A model generated the notes under the pieces. It worked only from the letters and a program-made list of their open reading frames with translations. It was not told the DNA's origin and searched no databases. Positions 1 to 11,164 of a stretch of DNA of 64,000 bases are shown in pieces. The translations under genes and the position numbers were made by a program. The first letter of the stretch is position 1. Each line of letters opens with the position of its first letter. The DNA is taken from the IMG/VR virus record IMGVR_UViG_3300046167_000870, one strand, 5' to 3'. This DNA comes from a virus.

Positions 1-2257
1 CATTGTCTGTTCCAAAAGTAGATACTTGTTCATCATCATCCCTAAACCAGTTACCAACTGAGTTGTAAATATCTACGGCAAATTCTGCTGCTGCATCTGT
101 GGCATGACCTAAACCTTCAACTGCTGTGTATGCTCCATCTGCTACAGCATTAAATGCATCTTGTACTACTTCGTCGTGACCTCTATCTTCTTCACCTCCT
201 GTCCAAGCATTATATAATTGTGTTGCTTGTATTGATGTAATATCTCTAAAACTCGTTATTCCTAATTCATTAGCTTGATCTGCTAATGCTAATTGTTCTT
301 TCATTATAGCATCTAAAGCAGGATCTATAAATTCTTTATTGTATCTATCATATAACCCAACATTCCATTTAGAAAAAGCAGTTGCATCATAGTCTTTAGT
401 ATTCCCTCCCGCTGCTGTTGCACCAACAGAAATCATAGTTGCTAATTCGGGTGTAATTTTTGTATCAAAATTAAAATCAGTTACAAAACTTCCTCTATCT
501 TTTTTTACTCCATAAACATTAAATGAAGGGATAGAATTCATTTTTCCTTTATTAAAAGAAAGTGCTTCTATTCCTGGTATAGTATTTTGTTCTACTATGG
601 TAATAGTATTATCATTTTTTAATGCTACCTCTAAGTTATTAATACCACCTAAAGCATCATTAATACCATCACATATATTTGTTAAAAATGAAAATATAGA
701 AACTTGTTTACCTCTATCAGTTTCATCAGTTGCTTTTGCTAATAATTTTGAAATAAAATCATAATTAAGATAAATATTCATTATTTGCCCATATATAACA
801 GTTTTATCTCCAAAATCTTGTGTTTGTGCAAATGGTTTTAATCTTGCCCACCCAGCGTTATTGTATAACCAAGTTGTTGAACTTTGTTCTTGAGAATTAA
901 TTGCAAGTGGAGGTCTTATAAGACAAACTCTAGGGTCTAATGATATTTGATTTGGAAAAGCTACACATAAATTTGTGTCTGTATTAGAATCAAAATAAAT
1001 CATTTCTGATGCTTCTCCGAAATCATTTAATAATTTTGGGATACAATATGTTTCTAATTTTCTTACTAACTCCCCAAAAGTCATATAGTAATTATATTTA
1101 TCTAAAGAACCTGCTTCATTAGCTTTTTGAGAAGACTCAAAATTATTAAAGTATAATGATGGGTTAGTAAAATTGGATTGCTCAGCATCCCATTTTTGTC
1201 CTAATATATCAGTAAACATATCTTGAGATAAAGCTGTACTACCCGCGTTTGATACTATTGGTGAATCATCAGCTGTTAATCCTGTATTTTCAAAAGCATT
1301 TGATCCTGTAGTGGCATTTATTTCTTTTACTGATAATGCTGTTGATTTTGTAGCTAATGTTAATGATTCAATTACATCTCCTACAGATATTAAATCTATA
1401 CTAACACCATAAGTACCATCAGTATCATATGACCAATTAAAGTTAGTTACCCTACCATAAAAACCATCATAATTACCATGATATAATTCTTGATAAGCCT
1501 TAATAGAATTAATCATTTCAAGTTGAGTCATGTTAGTATTATTTTGGAACCATTTATCCTCAATAATTGTATTACCAACATTATTTATATCTTTTCCATT
1601 TGTAGTATACTTATCCCATCCCCATTCAATCATTAAAGTAAAACCTAATCTAAGGTATACTAATTCTATTAACTCAAACTGGAACCTATTATAACATTTT
1701 AACTCTATTGTACCTTTTCTAATAGATCCTCTATTTTGGGAATCCATAGTAAATGAAATTAATCCAGGTGCAGGTACTAAACCTTTATTTGTACCTCCTA
1801 AACCGTATGAATTTGAATTATTCCATAAAGAATTAGTTTTACTTACCCCAGATCTAAAATTGTAATTACCTTCAATATCAACCGTAGTTCCATCATCATC
1901 GTAAGATGTTGGATTTAAAGTTGATAATGTATTAAATAATACTGTTTTTTCAGCTAATCCACTACCTACAAATTCATCTGTATTTGTAATACCTATATCC
2001 CTTAATCTTTTCTCTCCAGTACTAATATTAGCGTCTACATATTCTCCTGAAGTTTTATTAAATATTGAAGGTGAAGAATTACCTACTACAGCAACTGATG
2101 ATGCCATTTTTAACCAAGCTTGTTTATTATTGAGTAATTGAAGTTGGTTTTGATTTCGTAGAGAATCTTCCCCTACCCCACTTCCATAGAGATTTTGCCT
2201 TACTCTTATTTGGTTAAGGACATAATTTTCAAATTGTTCTCCTACAATGTTCCCCAT
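1..2257 (-). CDS. Baseplate hub-like structural protein (3' end runs off window; not in ORF track)
   Basis: ATG at 2257 (MGNIVGEQFENYVLNQIRVRQ...). The frame matches at both ends checked and contains GLVPAPGLISF...RGSIRKGTIELKCYNRFQFELIELVYLRLGFTLMIEWGW. It directly follows the LysM/gp53-like gene in the baseplate module. Confidence 0.65.
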   Translation of the reverse strand, partial: MGNIVGEQFENYVLNQIRVRQNLYGSGVGEDSLRNQNQLQLLNNKQAWLKMASSVAVVGNSSPSIFNKTSGEYVDANISTGEKRLRDIGITNTDEFVGSGLAEKTVLFNTLSTLNPTSYDDDGTTVDIEGNYNFRSGVSKTNSLWNNSNSYGLGGTNKGLVPAPGLISFTMDSQNRGSIRKGTIELKCYNRFQFELIELVYLRLGFTLMIEWGWDKYTTNGKDINNVGNTIIEDKWFQNNTNMTQLEMINSIKAYQELYHGNYDGFYGRVTNFNWSYDTDGTYGVSIDLISVGDVIESLTLATKSTALSVKEINATTGSNAFENTGLTADDSPIVSNAGSTALSQDMFTDILGQKWDAEQSNFTNPSLYFNNFESSQKANEAGSLDKYNYYMTFGELVRKLETYCIPKLLNDFGEASEMIYFDSNTDTNLCVAFPNQISLDPRVCLIRPPLAINSQEQSSTTWLYNNAGWARLKPFAQTQDFGDKTVIYGQIMNIYLNYDFISKLLAKATDETDRGKQVSIFSFLTNICDGINDALGGINNLEVALKNDNTITIVEQNTIPGIEALSFNKGKMNSIPSFNVYGVKKDRGSFVTDFNFDTKITPELATMISVGATAAGGNTKDYDATAFSKWNVGLYDRYNKEFIDPALDAIMKEQLALADQANELGITSFRDITSIQATQLYNAWTGGEEDRGHDEVVQDAFNAVADGAYTAVEGLGHATDAAAEFAVDIYNSVGNWFRDDDEQVSTFGTDN

Positions 2258-2259
2258 GA

Positions 2260-2580
2260 TTAAATAACTCCATTTATTGCATTATATAATTTTATAATAG
2301 CTTCAATGTTTGTTGGAATTCTAATCTGTTGATTTAAAGGTAAGTAATATGAATCTTGTTTTAAATTTTCATTTGCAATTGATATAACCCACCAATGATC
2401 AGAATTACCATAATATTCTAAAGCTAAGGTATCAAAACGATCTCCCTGTTCTGCATATACATAAGTGTCATTTACAGATAAAGGGATTCTTGGATATCTT
2501 GTACCTAAATAATTTTTAACTCCTAACTGTTGTTTAGGATTAATTTTTCTAACTATTTTTCTTCTTGTATATCTTCCCAT
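2260..2580 (-). CDS. Baseplate wedge LysM-like protein (gp53/tail protein X-like)
   Basis: GDRFDTLALEYYGNSDHWWVISIAN...QQIRIP LysM-like signature; position after the tube initiator. Confidence 0.8.
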   Translation of the reverse strand: MGRYTRRKIVRKINPKQQLGVKNYLGTRYPRIPLSVNDTYVYAEQGDRFDTLALEYYGNSDHWWVISIANENLKQDSYYLPLNQQIRIPTNIEAIIKLYNAINGVI

Positions 2581-4476
2581 TATTCTCCAGATTTAGGTGG
2601 CATATAATTTAAAGACCCATTTGAAACTTCTGTATTGCCTGGTCCTCCATCATAGTTAGATCCTAATCCACCTTTCAAGTTAATGAACCTTTCTTGTCCA
2701 TATCTTGAAATGAAATTACCACCACCTTCTACTTTACCTCCATTAAATGAATTTCTTTGTAATCTAGGAACAAAGTCATGAATTGGAGTAAATTGGAATC
2801 CTGATACATTAACTATCATAGGCATTTCTTGTACACTAGGATCTGAGTTTATTTCTCGTGTTCTATCTCCTGCTCCTATTGATGTTACATTCCCTGCGTC
2901 TGTTATTCCAATTTCCCATGGGGCTTCTTGTGGTACATCTAATGTTATACCACTCATAAATCCAACTTGTTCTTGGAACCAACCACCTACAGATAATGTT
3001 ATTAAATTTCCTCTCATATACCCAACATCTGAATAATCACCAGCACAAACTGAAGCTAAATAATTTAATTTTTGATACATTGGTATTAGTTCTTGTTTTG
3101 ATTGTGCTGCTACGGTCCAATCTAATGAAACTGTTCGGCCAAACCCCTTATATTTGTAAAACTCTTCAGATCTTCCCATAAATCTTTGACCTCCCCATTC
3201 TGATTGGTATGAATCACTTAAAGAATTAATTATGGCTCTAAAATGGATATAAGTTTTTTCACTAGGATTATTATTATCTATAACACCAATTCTAAATTTA
3301 ACAAAATCATTTTTATCATTGTCAGATGTTACTGAAGTCGACTTATATAATGGAAAGGCATTAATTTTATCTACAGCATTTTTATATCCTGAATTATTAG
3401 ATATTGATCCAGATATTGAAGTATTAATGTCTCTTTTACCTATAGTATAACTTGATAAATTTCCTCTTTTACCAGGATTACCTAAGTTAACTCTTTGTTC
3501 AAATTGTTTATCAAATTCCCAAGCTATAGTTGAAGGTCTTGTTTGACTTGGACCTAATGTTTGTTGGAAATTAGGGTTAGTTAAATTAGTACCTCCTTGA
3601 CTGTTTGGTATTCTTGGAGTTGAATTACCTGGAATTAAAGGAAGTGAGGGGATACCAAATAATCCAGAAATTGTATTAACAACTGATGTAACAGCATTTA
3701 AAGGATCACTTGATACATTAAATAATTGATTATAGGATAATACTGATTTACCTATACTGTTGCTTGTACCACTACCATAAAAATTTACATCTGTTGGTTG
3801 AAATGTTGTTCTACTAGTAATTGGAATTCTTGTTTTACCAACACCTAATATTGCTCCTGGTCCTCCTGAGTATGTTAGTAAATTTTGCTCACTTGGAGCT
3901 GCTATATTATCAATTTTTGTTAATTGTAAATTTTCTAATCTACTTCTTATTACACCATCAGGCATAATAGTACGTAAATAAGTTGGAAATGCTAATGGTT
4001 GATTTCGATTTGAACTAAATCCAAAATTTCTTGGACCATCTGGGTTTAAGTTATCAAATGGATTGTAACCTTGTTTTGGAACGTGCATTCCAATTGCATT
4101 AGTTCCTGCTTGTATAATTGCTTCTAAAGGAGTATAAACTCCTTGATTCATTACTAGTTTTGCAGGTTCTGCAAATCCTGCTTCACCATTAACGTTAGTT
4201 AATGATAATACATTTTGTTTTGCTATAAATAATGGACCTGCTGGTGATTTAAAATCAAAAAACATTTGTGCCAATCTAGATACATCATTACCTATTCTTC
4301 TAGGTAATAAAGTTCCCCCCACGTAATAGAAAGTCAGGTCCCCCTGTTCTTCCTACATCGTCAATATCTTTAGGAATTGACCTAGTTACATAAGGTTGAT
4401 TACTATTACCACCACCTACTGTATCCTTGCCATACCTTAAAGATTTAAGGTTTGTTGTCAAATTGACTAATGGCAT
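2580..4476 (-). CDS. Baseplate/tail-tube initiator-like protein (one +1 indel at 4315-4320)
   Basis: True start is probably ATG 4476 (MPLVNLTTNLKSLRYGKD...PDFLLRGG). It joins ORF 2580..4322 if one G of a G6 run is removed (span 1897 = 3n+1). The C-terminal IHFRAIINSLSDSYQSEW...MGRSEEFYKYKGFGRTVSLDW domain is tube-like. Confidence 0.65.
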
Positions 4477-4482
4477 ACTGTT

Positions 4483-4713
4483 TTATTTTGGCAAATTATT
4501 CAAATATTTGTCTTGTGGTGATACTGCTCTTTCCAAAGTTGATGGTAAAGGTAGTACTCCGTTTTCTGGTTTTACTTCTTGTGCATTAGGTTTTCCTACT
4601 ATAGAATAATCCTTATGTAAAGTAGACTGTTGAAAATTAGGAACACTTGGTGTTTGACCATTCAAGCCTGATAATTGAGTTTTACCTGATGTTAATTTAT
4701 CTAATAGACCCAT
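4483..4713 (-). CDS. Hypothetical protein (76 aa)
   Basis: ORF with late motif upstream (4741-4750); lies in the tail module. Confidence 0.7.
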   Translation of the reverse strand: MGLLDKLTSGKTQLSGLNGQTPSVPNFQQSTLHKDYSIVGKPNAQEVKPENGVLPLPSTLERAVSPQDKYLNNLPK

Positions 4714-4757
4714 GATTTTTAGTTTATGTTAATTAATTTATTATAAATATTGATTTT

Positions 4758-7127
4758 TTAACCTCTCGTTATTTGATATAAAGGTACTGGTTTTTGTCGT
4801 TTAAGACCTTTAGCCGTTTCAGCTGATGATTGTGCTATTGTTTTTAAAGAATTAGCCATTGCTGCCATTGCTTTACCATTACCTCCTCCTAAGTTAGTTC
4901 CTGCTACTACAGTATCTTCATTATTTAATGAAATTGAACCTTTAGGTGTTGATAATATTCTATCACCATAACCAGGTGATGAAGGAGCCATTGCCATATC
5001 ATCTGCTTTTAATGACTGATAAGCACCTATGGCACCAGCAACTGCTACTCCCCCTAATGCTAAACCTGCTATAACACCTGGAGGTCCTAAAGCTGACATT
5101 CCACCAACTACTTTTGCAAACATCTGACCAACAGAAATTGCAAAATTTAATAATGCTTTACCTGCTACTACTGTTAATGCTACTCCAACAGCACCAAGAA
5201 TACCTACTAAAGCTGCCATAGCAACTTCTGATTGTGCAAGGGCGGATGCTACACTACCCATCATTTCTACAACAGGAGCAAATGCAGCTCCTATCTTTTT
5301 AACAAATTCATTTATTTTATCAAATGATGCTTGTATTTTTTCTGTTTCACTAGCTTGGTTTAATAAGTTTTTTAACCCTTTTTCTTTTAACATTTGTTGG
5401 GCTTTTTCTAAACCATATTGATCTGTTAGAGATTCTAGCATTTTAGCTCTATTCTCTTTATCAATACCACTAGCTCCTTTTAATTGTTCTTGTATAAATA
5501 AAGTTTTACCTAACTCATCTCTAGACATACCAACAGCTTTAGCTAATGCATCTTGTTGAATTCTATTCATTTCTGCAAACTCAGCTGCTGATCCTGCTTG
5601 TTTAGCTATTTCTGTTGCTACTGTTTCAAGGTCATTATTTAATGCTGCTTGTCTTGCTTTTTCTAAATTAATATTTTTACCTAACAGTAATTCAGCTGCT
5701 AATTCATCTTGTATTGATTGTTCGAAATTTAAAATACTTCCTGCAATATCCTCTACTTTAGATAATTCCATACCTAAACCTTTTGCAGTAGTAATTGCTG
5801 CTGCTAATGCAGGACCACTTTTTCCTAAAGATAATTGTGTGGCTTCAGATGTATTTGCAATCTCAGCCATAACCTTTTTAGAATTTATCTGTATTCCTGT
5901 TGATTCATTTAGGGCTGCTACTTGTTTTAATGTTGAATCTGCAATATCATCAAAAGATTGTCCTGTTGCAAGGGATAATTTTTGTATCCCCATCATTTCT
6001 TCACTAGTTAGACCTGCTGTTTCTCTTAACTTTGTAAATGTAGCTAAGTTTTCGGCATTAAATCTAACAGTTGTACCTAAAGCATCATTTATATCTACAG
6101 TACTTTGTGCTAACCCTTCACTAGAAACAAATAATCTATCACTTCCGATAGCTGCTGCTGCAAAGTCTTCTGACATTTGTCTAGCTTCTTGAGCACCTAC
6201 ATTTAGATTTTTAGCTAGTTTTCCTGTATCTTCTTCTAGTTGTTTTATGCCTTTTATTACTGCCCCAATTGACATTTTAAACCCAGTAGCAAAGGCTTTT
6301 GCTGCTATAGCTACTTGAACTAGTGGATCTTTGAGGGCTGTTTCGATAGCTTCACCAGATAATTCAATTCCTTTTTGAAATATTTCTTGACTGCTTGCTC
6401 CAGTTTCAGCAAATTCTCTTAAATCCGCATTAATTTGATCGAAGCCCATGGCATTCGATAAATCACCTAAACCTATTTTTTGTAGAAGCCCTTCTATCCC
6501 CTTTAACGCAGCACCTGTGCCGCCCATTCTTTCTAATAACTCTTTCTCTTTCTTTATTCTATTATTAATCTTATTGTTTATAGACTCAACAGTTTTGTCT
6601 TCTTTTTGTAAGAATCCAAGTGCTGATTTTTGAGCGTCAGTAAGGTCTTTATATGCTTTTGTTCTTTTATCAATTTTTTCATTGATCATACCTTGAAGAC
6701 CAGATTCTTGAAGCAATTGGATCGCTGCCTCTTTAGCATCTGCTGTTCTTTTAAGAGCTCTTTTTTTAAGGTTTTGAAGCTGTCTTAGATTTAAACTATC
6801 AAGGCCTTCTTCTTCATATTTTAATTTTTTTACTTCAGCAAGTACCCCTTTAAAACCTTTAGCAAATTTTTGTGTTGCAGTAGGTCCTTTTGATATTTCA
6901 TTTATGGTTGCTTCTAATTGGGCACTTAAATCAGAGAAAGACTGGCTCATATTCTCTACTTGAGATTGAACCCCCATTAAAGCATTTTCTAACTTTTTAA
7001 CTTCATTTACAGACTTAGAAATTTCCCCAGCATCCATTCCTGCATAAGGGTTGATTTTTCCAAGTCTATCATATAAAGACTGGATTTGCTTTAATTGTTC
7101 TTGAATTTTTTTAGGATCGGCCGCCAT
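4758..7127 (-). CDS. Tape measure protein
   Basis: 789 aa, helical Ala/Leu/Gln-rich, hydrophobic C-terminal stretch; immediately downstream of the chaperone pair. Confidence 0.8.
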   Translation of the reverse strand: MAADPKKIQEQLKQIQSLYDRLGKINPYAGMDAGEISKSVNEVKKLENALMGVQSQVENMSQSFSDLSAQLEATINEISKGPTATQKFAKGFKGVLAEVKKLKYEEEGLDSLNLRQLQNLKKRALKRTADAKEAAIQLLQESGLQGMINEKIDKRTKAYKDLTDAQKSALGFLQKEDKTVESINNKINNRIKKEKELLERMGGTGAALKGIEGLLQKIGLGDLSNAMGFDQINADLREFAETGASSQEIFQKGIELSGEAIETALKDPLVQVAIAAKAFATGFKMSIGAVIKGIKQLEEDTGKLAKNLNVGAQEARQMSEDFAAAAIGSDRLFVSSEGLAQSTVDINDALGTTVRFNAENLATFTKLRETAGLTSEEMMGIQKLSLATGQSFDDIADSTLKQVAALNESTGIQINSKKVMAEIANTSEATQLSLGKSGPALAAAITTAKGLGMELSKVEDIAGSILNFEQSIQDELAAELLLGKNINLEKARQAALNNDLETVATEIAKQAGSAAEFAEMNRIQQDALAKAVGMSRDELGKTLFIQEQLKGASGIDKENRAKMLESLTDQYGLEKAQQMLKEKGLKNLLNQASETEKIQASFDKINEFVKKIGAAFAPVVEMMGSVASALAQSEVAMAALVGILGAVGVALTVVAGKALLNFAISVGQMFAKVVGGMSALGPPGVIAGLALGGVAVAGAIGAYQSLKADDMAMAPSSPGYGDRILSTPKGSISLNNEDTVVAGTNLGGGNGKAMAAMANSLKTIAQSSAETAKGLKRQKPVPLYQITRG

Positions 7128-7151
7128 TAATAGGTTTTATTATAAATATTA

Positions 7152-7400
7152 TTACTTATAACTTGTTTTACCTTTATATGGAGCACTTGCTTGTTTGAAG
7201 TCAGGTACATTTATTTTACCATCTGCATTTACCATATTTTTTTCCCCTTTCTTTTTATCTAATTTTTTCATTTCAGCATTCTGAGCGTCAAAATGGTCCT
7301 GGATTTCTTTAAATGTAAATTTTCGTAGCCAGATAGGCATATTATAAACAGTGTGATAATCAAATCCACCATTACCATGAAATACTATATCATGGATCAC
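7152..7400 (-). CDS. Tail/baseplate assembly chaperone C-terminal part (gp51-like; probably made by frameshift)
   Basis: IHDIVFHGNGGFDYHTVYNMPIWLRKF; only a GTG start; frame is open upstream through the T7 run at 7449-7455. Confidence 0.65.
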   Translation of the reverse strand: MIHDIVFHGNGGFDYHTVYNMPIWLRKFTFKEIQDHFDAQNAEMKKLDKKKGEKNMVNADGKINVPDFKQASAPYKGKTSYK

Positions 7401-7434
7401 TTTAAATAAATTCTTCCTTGCTAGGGGTGCGGTC

Positions 7435-8163
7435 TTAAGCGTCAGGCCAAAAAAAGTTCAACCCAATGGGTACAACTACCTCCTTCCCATTGTCCAAAAT
7501 ATAGGACAAATCAACATCTGGTTGACTATTTTTAATGTGTTCTCTGAAGGCTCTAGAATCTCGTGCTAAAAATGCTTTATCAACCCATTCTCTGATATAT
7601 TTCTTTTCCTCATTACCATCAACTGATAATATCATATGTTTATATCTTGTACTTAAAGTGGCTGCAGAATCTTTACTTATTTTCTTTAGTCCAGCAATTT
7701 CTCTTTCAATTGCTTTTTCAAGTTTTCCAGTTACTAATTGGTATGTAATAATTGTTCCTGAGGTTGGTAATGTAAATGAAAATTCATTTTTACCTGCTTC
7801 ATATTTAGATTCATCGAATTTTCTATTTTCTAAAGTAGATACATCAATAGTATGTTCTGATTCATCTACTGTTACTTTATAATCTTTACCGTAACCTAAT
7901 ACTCTAGATGCAATCAATAATGCATTTTTATCTCCTATAATTAAATCATCAATATTAATTTTATCATCAACAATTAATGATTTTAATAATTTATCTAATA
8001 CTACACCTTTTTGAATATAAGCTTGGTTAGAAAGAATATCTTCTTCTTTAGCAGTCATATATTTCATTTCTACTTTACCGCTTGATAGTGGGTTTTCTTT
8101 TGAATAAATTAATCCTTTAGAGGGTAAATCTACTTCTTCCGTGGGGAATTTAAAATCACTCAT
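7435..8163 (-). CDS. Baseplate hub / tail assembly chaperone (T4 gp26-like)
   Basis: PTEEVDLPSKG...MKYMTAKEEDIL...GDKNALLIASR...NFFWPDA; lies between tail tube and TMP. Confidence 0.75.
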   Translation of the reverse strand: MSDFKFPTEEVDLPSKGLIYSKENPLSSGKVEMKYMTAKEEDILSNQAYIQKGVVLDKLLKSLIVDDKINIDDLIIGDKNALLIASRVLGYGKDYKVTVDESEHTIDVSTLENRKFDESKYEAGKNEFSFTLPTSGTIITYQLVTGKLEKAIEREIAGLKKISKDSAATLSTRYKHMILSVDGNEEKKYIREWVDKAFLARDSRAFREHIKNSQPDVDLSYILDNGKEVVVPIGLNFFWPDA

Positions 8164-8212
8164 ATAATCTTTATTTAGTTCGTAACGTGTTTCTAGTTAT
8201 ACATATCAATAT

Positions 8213-8239
8213 AAAAAAAAGCTTGACCGAAGCCAAGCT
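8213..8239 (-). terminator. Rho-independent terminator after tail tube gene
   Basis: Minus strand AGCTTGGC-TTCG-GTCAAGCT followed by a T-run; cUUCGg tetraloop. Confidence 0.9.
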
Positions 8240-8265
8240 ATTTTTCAAAATATGCGTAAAATTTC

Positions 8266-8754
8266 TTAGAAATTTAATATACAGTAATCTGGTTGTACTT
8301 CTAAGCTAATTTCTTGAGCGGCATTTTCAGTGTCCCAATTGAAATCTCCGAAATCTGCTGAAGTAATGATTGCACCTTTTATAATCCATTCAGATACGAT
8401 ATCACCTACAGGTCCTAGTACATTTAATGTTAGATCTTTTTTATAGAAATCACTATATCCATCTCTACCTGTTACTGATTCGTGATGTAATCTAACCCAC
8501 TCCATTACTGCTTGAGCACCTGATGGTGTAATTGGATCAAATAACGTCATTGAAATTGGGTTCCAAGTAGATTTACCTTTTACAAATCTTTGAACGTTGA
8601 TATGATTTAAAGCTACTGTGCCTTGTGAGATTGTTACAGCTCCCATACCTTTAATCTGGTAAGATGGGATTCCATCTACATAAAGAATAAATCTATTCTT
8701 TTGTTTTGGCTCAAAAGCTGTGAAAAATATTTCGTTTGGGTCTAATACTGCCAT
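8266..8754 (-). CDS. gp19: Tail tube protein
   Basis: FEPKQKNRFILYVDGIPSY...WNPISMTLFDPITPSGAQAVMEWVRLHHESVTGRDGY; follows the sheath gene. Confidence 0.92.
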   Translation of the reverse strand: MAVLDPNEIFFTAFEPKQKNRFILYVDGIPSYQIKGMGAVTISQGTVALNHINVQRFVKGKSTWNPISMTLFDPITPSGAQAVMEWVRLHHESVTGRDGYSDFYKKDLTLNVLGPVGDIVSEWIIKGAIITSADFGDFNWDTENAAQEISLEVQPDYCILNF

Positions 8755-8800
8755 TTTATTATTTTATTTATTTTATTATAAATATTCTGTTTTTTAATTC

Positions 8801-10807
8801 TTATGATGGAAATGTTGCTCCAGTTGGTAAAACATTGAAATCTAGAATTATGAATTCAGCTGTTTTAGTTGGCTGTAAGTAAATTTGTCCTACTAGCTCG
8901 TTTCTATCGATTACATCTGGTGTGTTATTTGTAGCATCCATTACAACTTTAAACGCGTATAAACCTTGTCTTTGTTGTACACTTTCTAAGTATGGGTTAA
9001 CTTGTGCTAAGAAATTATTTCTTGTGCTTATTGTATTTTGTTCAAATACTAAGTTATCTGATACTTGTACAATGTATGATTTTAATGCTATTAATAATCT
9101 ACGTACATTTACTCTATCTAAAGCACTTGCTCTTTTCTGTAATGTTTTCTGTCCAAATACTACAACTCCACTTCCTGGGAATGTTGCAATTGGGTTAACA
9201 TTTGCTTCATATAGGTTATCTCTGTTACCTGATGTTAATTTTCTTTCTGCTTTAACTACGTTACCTAGCGCACCTCTAATTAGACCTGCTGGTGCGAACC
9301 ATGGGTCTGAAGAAGCATCTGTAAATGCGTATACTCCCGGTATAAACACAGAAGCTGGCGACCAAACATACTGAGCGTTTGCGTCAATTGATTGTAGCCA
9401 AGGCCAATATGTTGCTGCATATGAACTATCAAATGCTGATGCTTGAGTTACTACAGTATTTACTGTACTGTTATAAGGTACTAAATCAACTACTGCAATA
9501 CAGTCAGTTCTTGATTGAGCTAATGCTACCATCTGAGATACTACTGGTGAGTGATCTGATAATGAGTTAATTAGTCCTGGAGCTGTAATTACATTAAAGT
9601 TGTAAGCATCGGTATTTGACAATAAGTTTAATGATTGTGTATATTCTGCTGCAATTAATCCTTGAATGTTTGTATTCGTGATATTTTCGTTAAATTTCAC
9701 AGGCCCCATTGCTATATTATTACCACTACCACCTTGGAACGAACCTGATCCTATAGCTGGAATGCTTGTAAAATATGCTGGTTTAGCTGCTCCATTATTA
9801 TCAAAATAATTTGGTGTAGGTGAATTTACTGCGCTTACATAAACATAAGCACTATTGTTTGGATATTCACCATTTGATTTTACATAATAATCAACACCAT
9901 CTTGTTCTACTGAGTAGTAAGTATTACCAATAACTTTTTCTACATAATTTGCAGCCAATGGATCCATTGATAAGTTATTGTATTGTTCTAATACTGCTTT
10001 TTGAGTAGCTGTGTCATTACCACGTCTAATAGCTAATGAAAATTGTCCAGATCCTGTATTAGCACCTGTAATTTCCCATCTTACATTATTTCTAGTACCA
10101 TTTGTTAATGTACCATTTGCACTATCTGGTCCTGCTTGGTAATTATTCATTACAGCACCTTCTGATATTGTAGATAATTTAAATGCTACTTCACTTTCTA
10201 AATCTGAAGCTTTAAGAGTAATTACAAATGTTCCACTTCCTCCTCCTTGACTTCCTTGAACGGTTAATGCGTTACCAGCTACATAAGCTTGTCCTGCTGT
10301 AAAATTAACTGAAGTAACAACTCCATCTGCAGTTACTGTATATGTTCCTGCTGCTGAATTTCCTGCTCCACCAGTAACTGTACCTAAAGCATGTGTTCCT
10401 GCAACTTGACTTGCAAGAGTATTTGCTGAAATAGAAGCAGACATATTAATGTCAGTTCTCAGTACTCCTGCTGGGGTAGTAGCTATATTATCAATTGAAG
10501 ATGAAGCTTCTGACCATCCTGCTGATCCACTAACTACTCTTACGACTAGTAATGATTCACCACCTTGTTGGAAGTAATTAGATGCTGCTGCTGAGTTTAG
10601 GTATGAGTATGATCGTGAGCCACTTTCAATTGACCCTCCGAATATAGCTTCGTATTGCGAGAATGAAGATACTGCCGTTGGAATTCCAACTGGACCTTGA
10701 ACTGCTGGTCCAATTATTGCAGCACCAAATGAAATTGGTGGTGCTCCAATGAAGGATTGATCATTTTCTCTTGCTAATACACCTGGAGATATTAATGTTT
10801 CTGCCAT
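8801..10807 (-). CDS. gp18: Tail sheath protein
   Basis: SPGVLAREND N-terminus; YAATYWPW, PWFAPAG, VFGQKTL...LDRVNVRRLL, LQPTKTAEFI motifs. Confidence 0.95.
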   Translation of the reverse strand: MAETLISPGVLARENDQSFIGAPPISFGAAIIGPAVQGPVGIPTAVSSFSQYEAIFGGSIESGSRSYSYLNSAAASNYFQQGGESLLVVRVVSGSAGWSEASSSIDNIATTPAGVLRTDINMSASISANTLASQVAGTHALGTVTGGAGNSAAGTYTVTADGVVTSVNFTAGQAYVAGNALTVQGSQGGGSGTFVITLKASDLESEVAFKLSTISEGAVMNNYQAGPDSANGTLTNGTRNNVRWEITGANTGSGQFSLAIRRGNDTATQKAVLEQYNNLSMDPLAANYVEKVIGNTYYSVEQDGVDYYVKSNGEYPNNSAYVYVSAVNSPTPNYFDNNGAAKPAYFTSIPAIGSGSFQGGSGNNIAMGPVKFNENITNTNIQGLIAAEYTQSLNLLSNTDAYNFNVITAPGLINSLSDHSPVVSQMVALAQSRTDCIAVVDLVPYNSTVNTVVTQASAFDSSYAATYWPWLQSIDANAQYVWSPASVFIPGVYAFTDASSDPWFAPAGLIRGALGNVVKAERKLTSGNRDNLYEANVNPIATFPGSGVVVFGQKTLQKRASALDRVNVRRLLIALKSYIVQVSDNLVFEQNTISTRNNFLAQVNPYLESVQQRQGLYAFKVVMDATNNTPDVIDRNELVGQIYLQPTKTAEFIILDFNVLPTGATFPS

Positions 10808-10865
10808 TGTCTTATATTATATTTAATATTGTTTTATTATAAATATTAGAAAATATCTCAAAAAT

Positions 10866-11117
10866 TTATTCTGCTGTGGTAAATTCTCCTTTTTCTAAGT
10901 CTATATTACCATCACCATACTTTTCTTGTAACTCCTTACCAAATTTAGCTTGGTCTTTTGTTAATTTTTGAAACTTTTCTAAAAGTTGTTCCTTTTGTCT
11001 CTCTAGGACATCAATTCTTAATTCAGTTGCTCCTGTCTGTACTACAATATCATTGTTTCTAGTTTGGAATTCTTCTAAAATTTGCAACTCACTTTCTGAT
11101 AACTTTTTACTCGCCAT
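10866..11117 (-). CDS. Small coiled-coil hypothetical protein
   Basis: 83-aa ORF ending KYGDGNIDLEKGEF; own late motif at 11138-11147. Confidence 0.75.
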   Translation of the reverse strand: MASKKLSESELQILEEFQTRNNDIVVQTGATELRIDVLERQKEQLLEKFQKLTKDQAKFGKELQEKYGDGNIDLEKGEFTTAE

Positions 11118-11164
11118 AATTTTTGGTTTTTAATTTATTATAAATATGTTATTATTTGTTAAGA

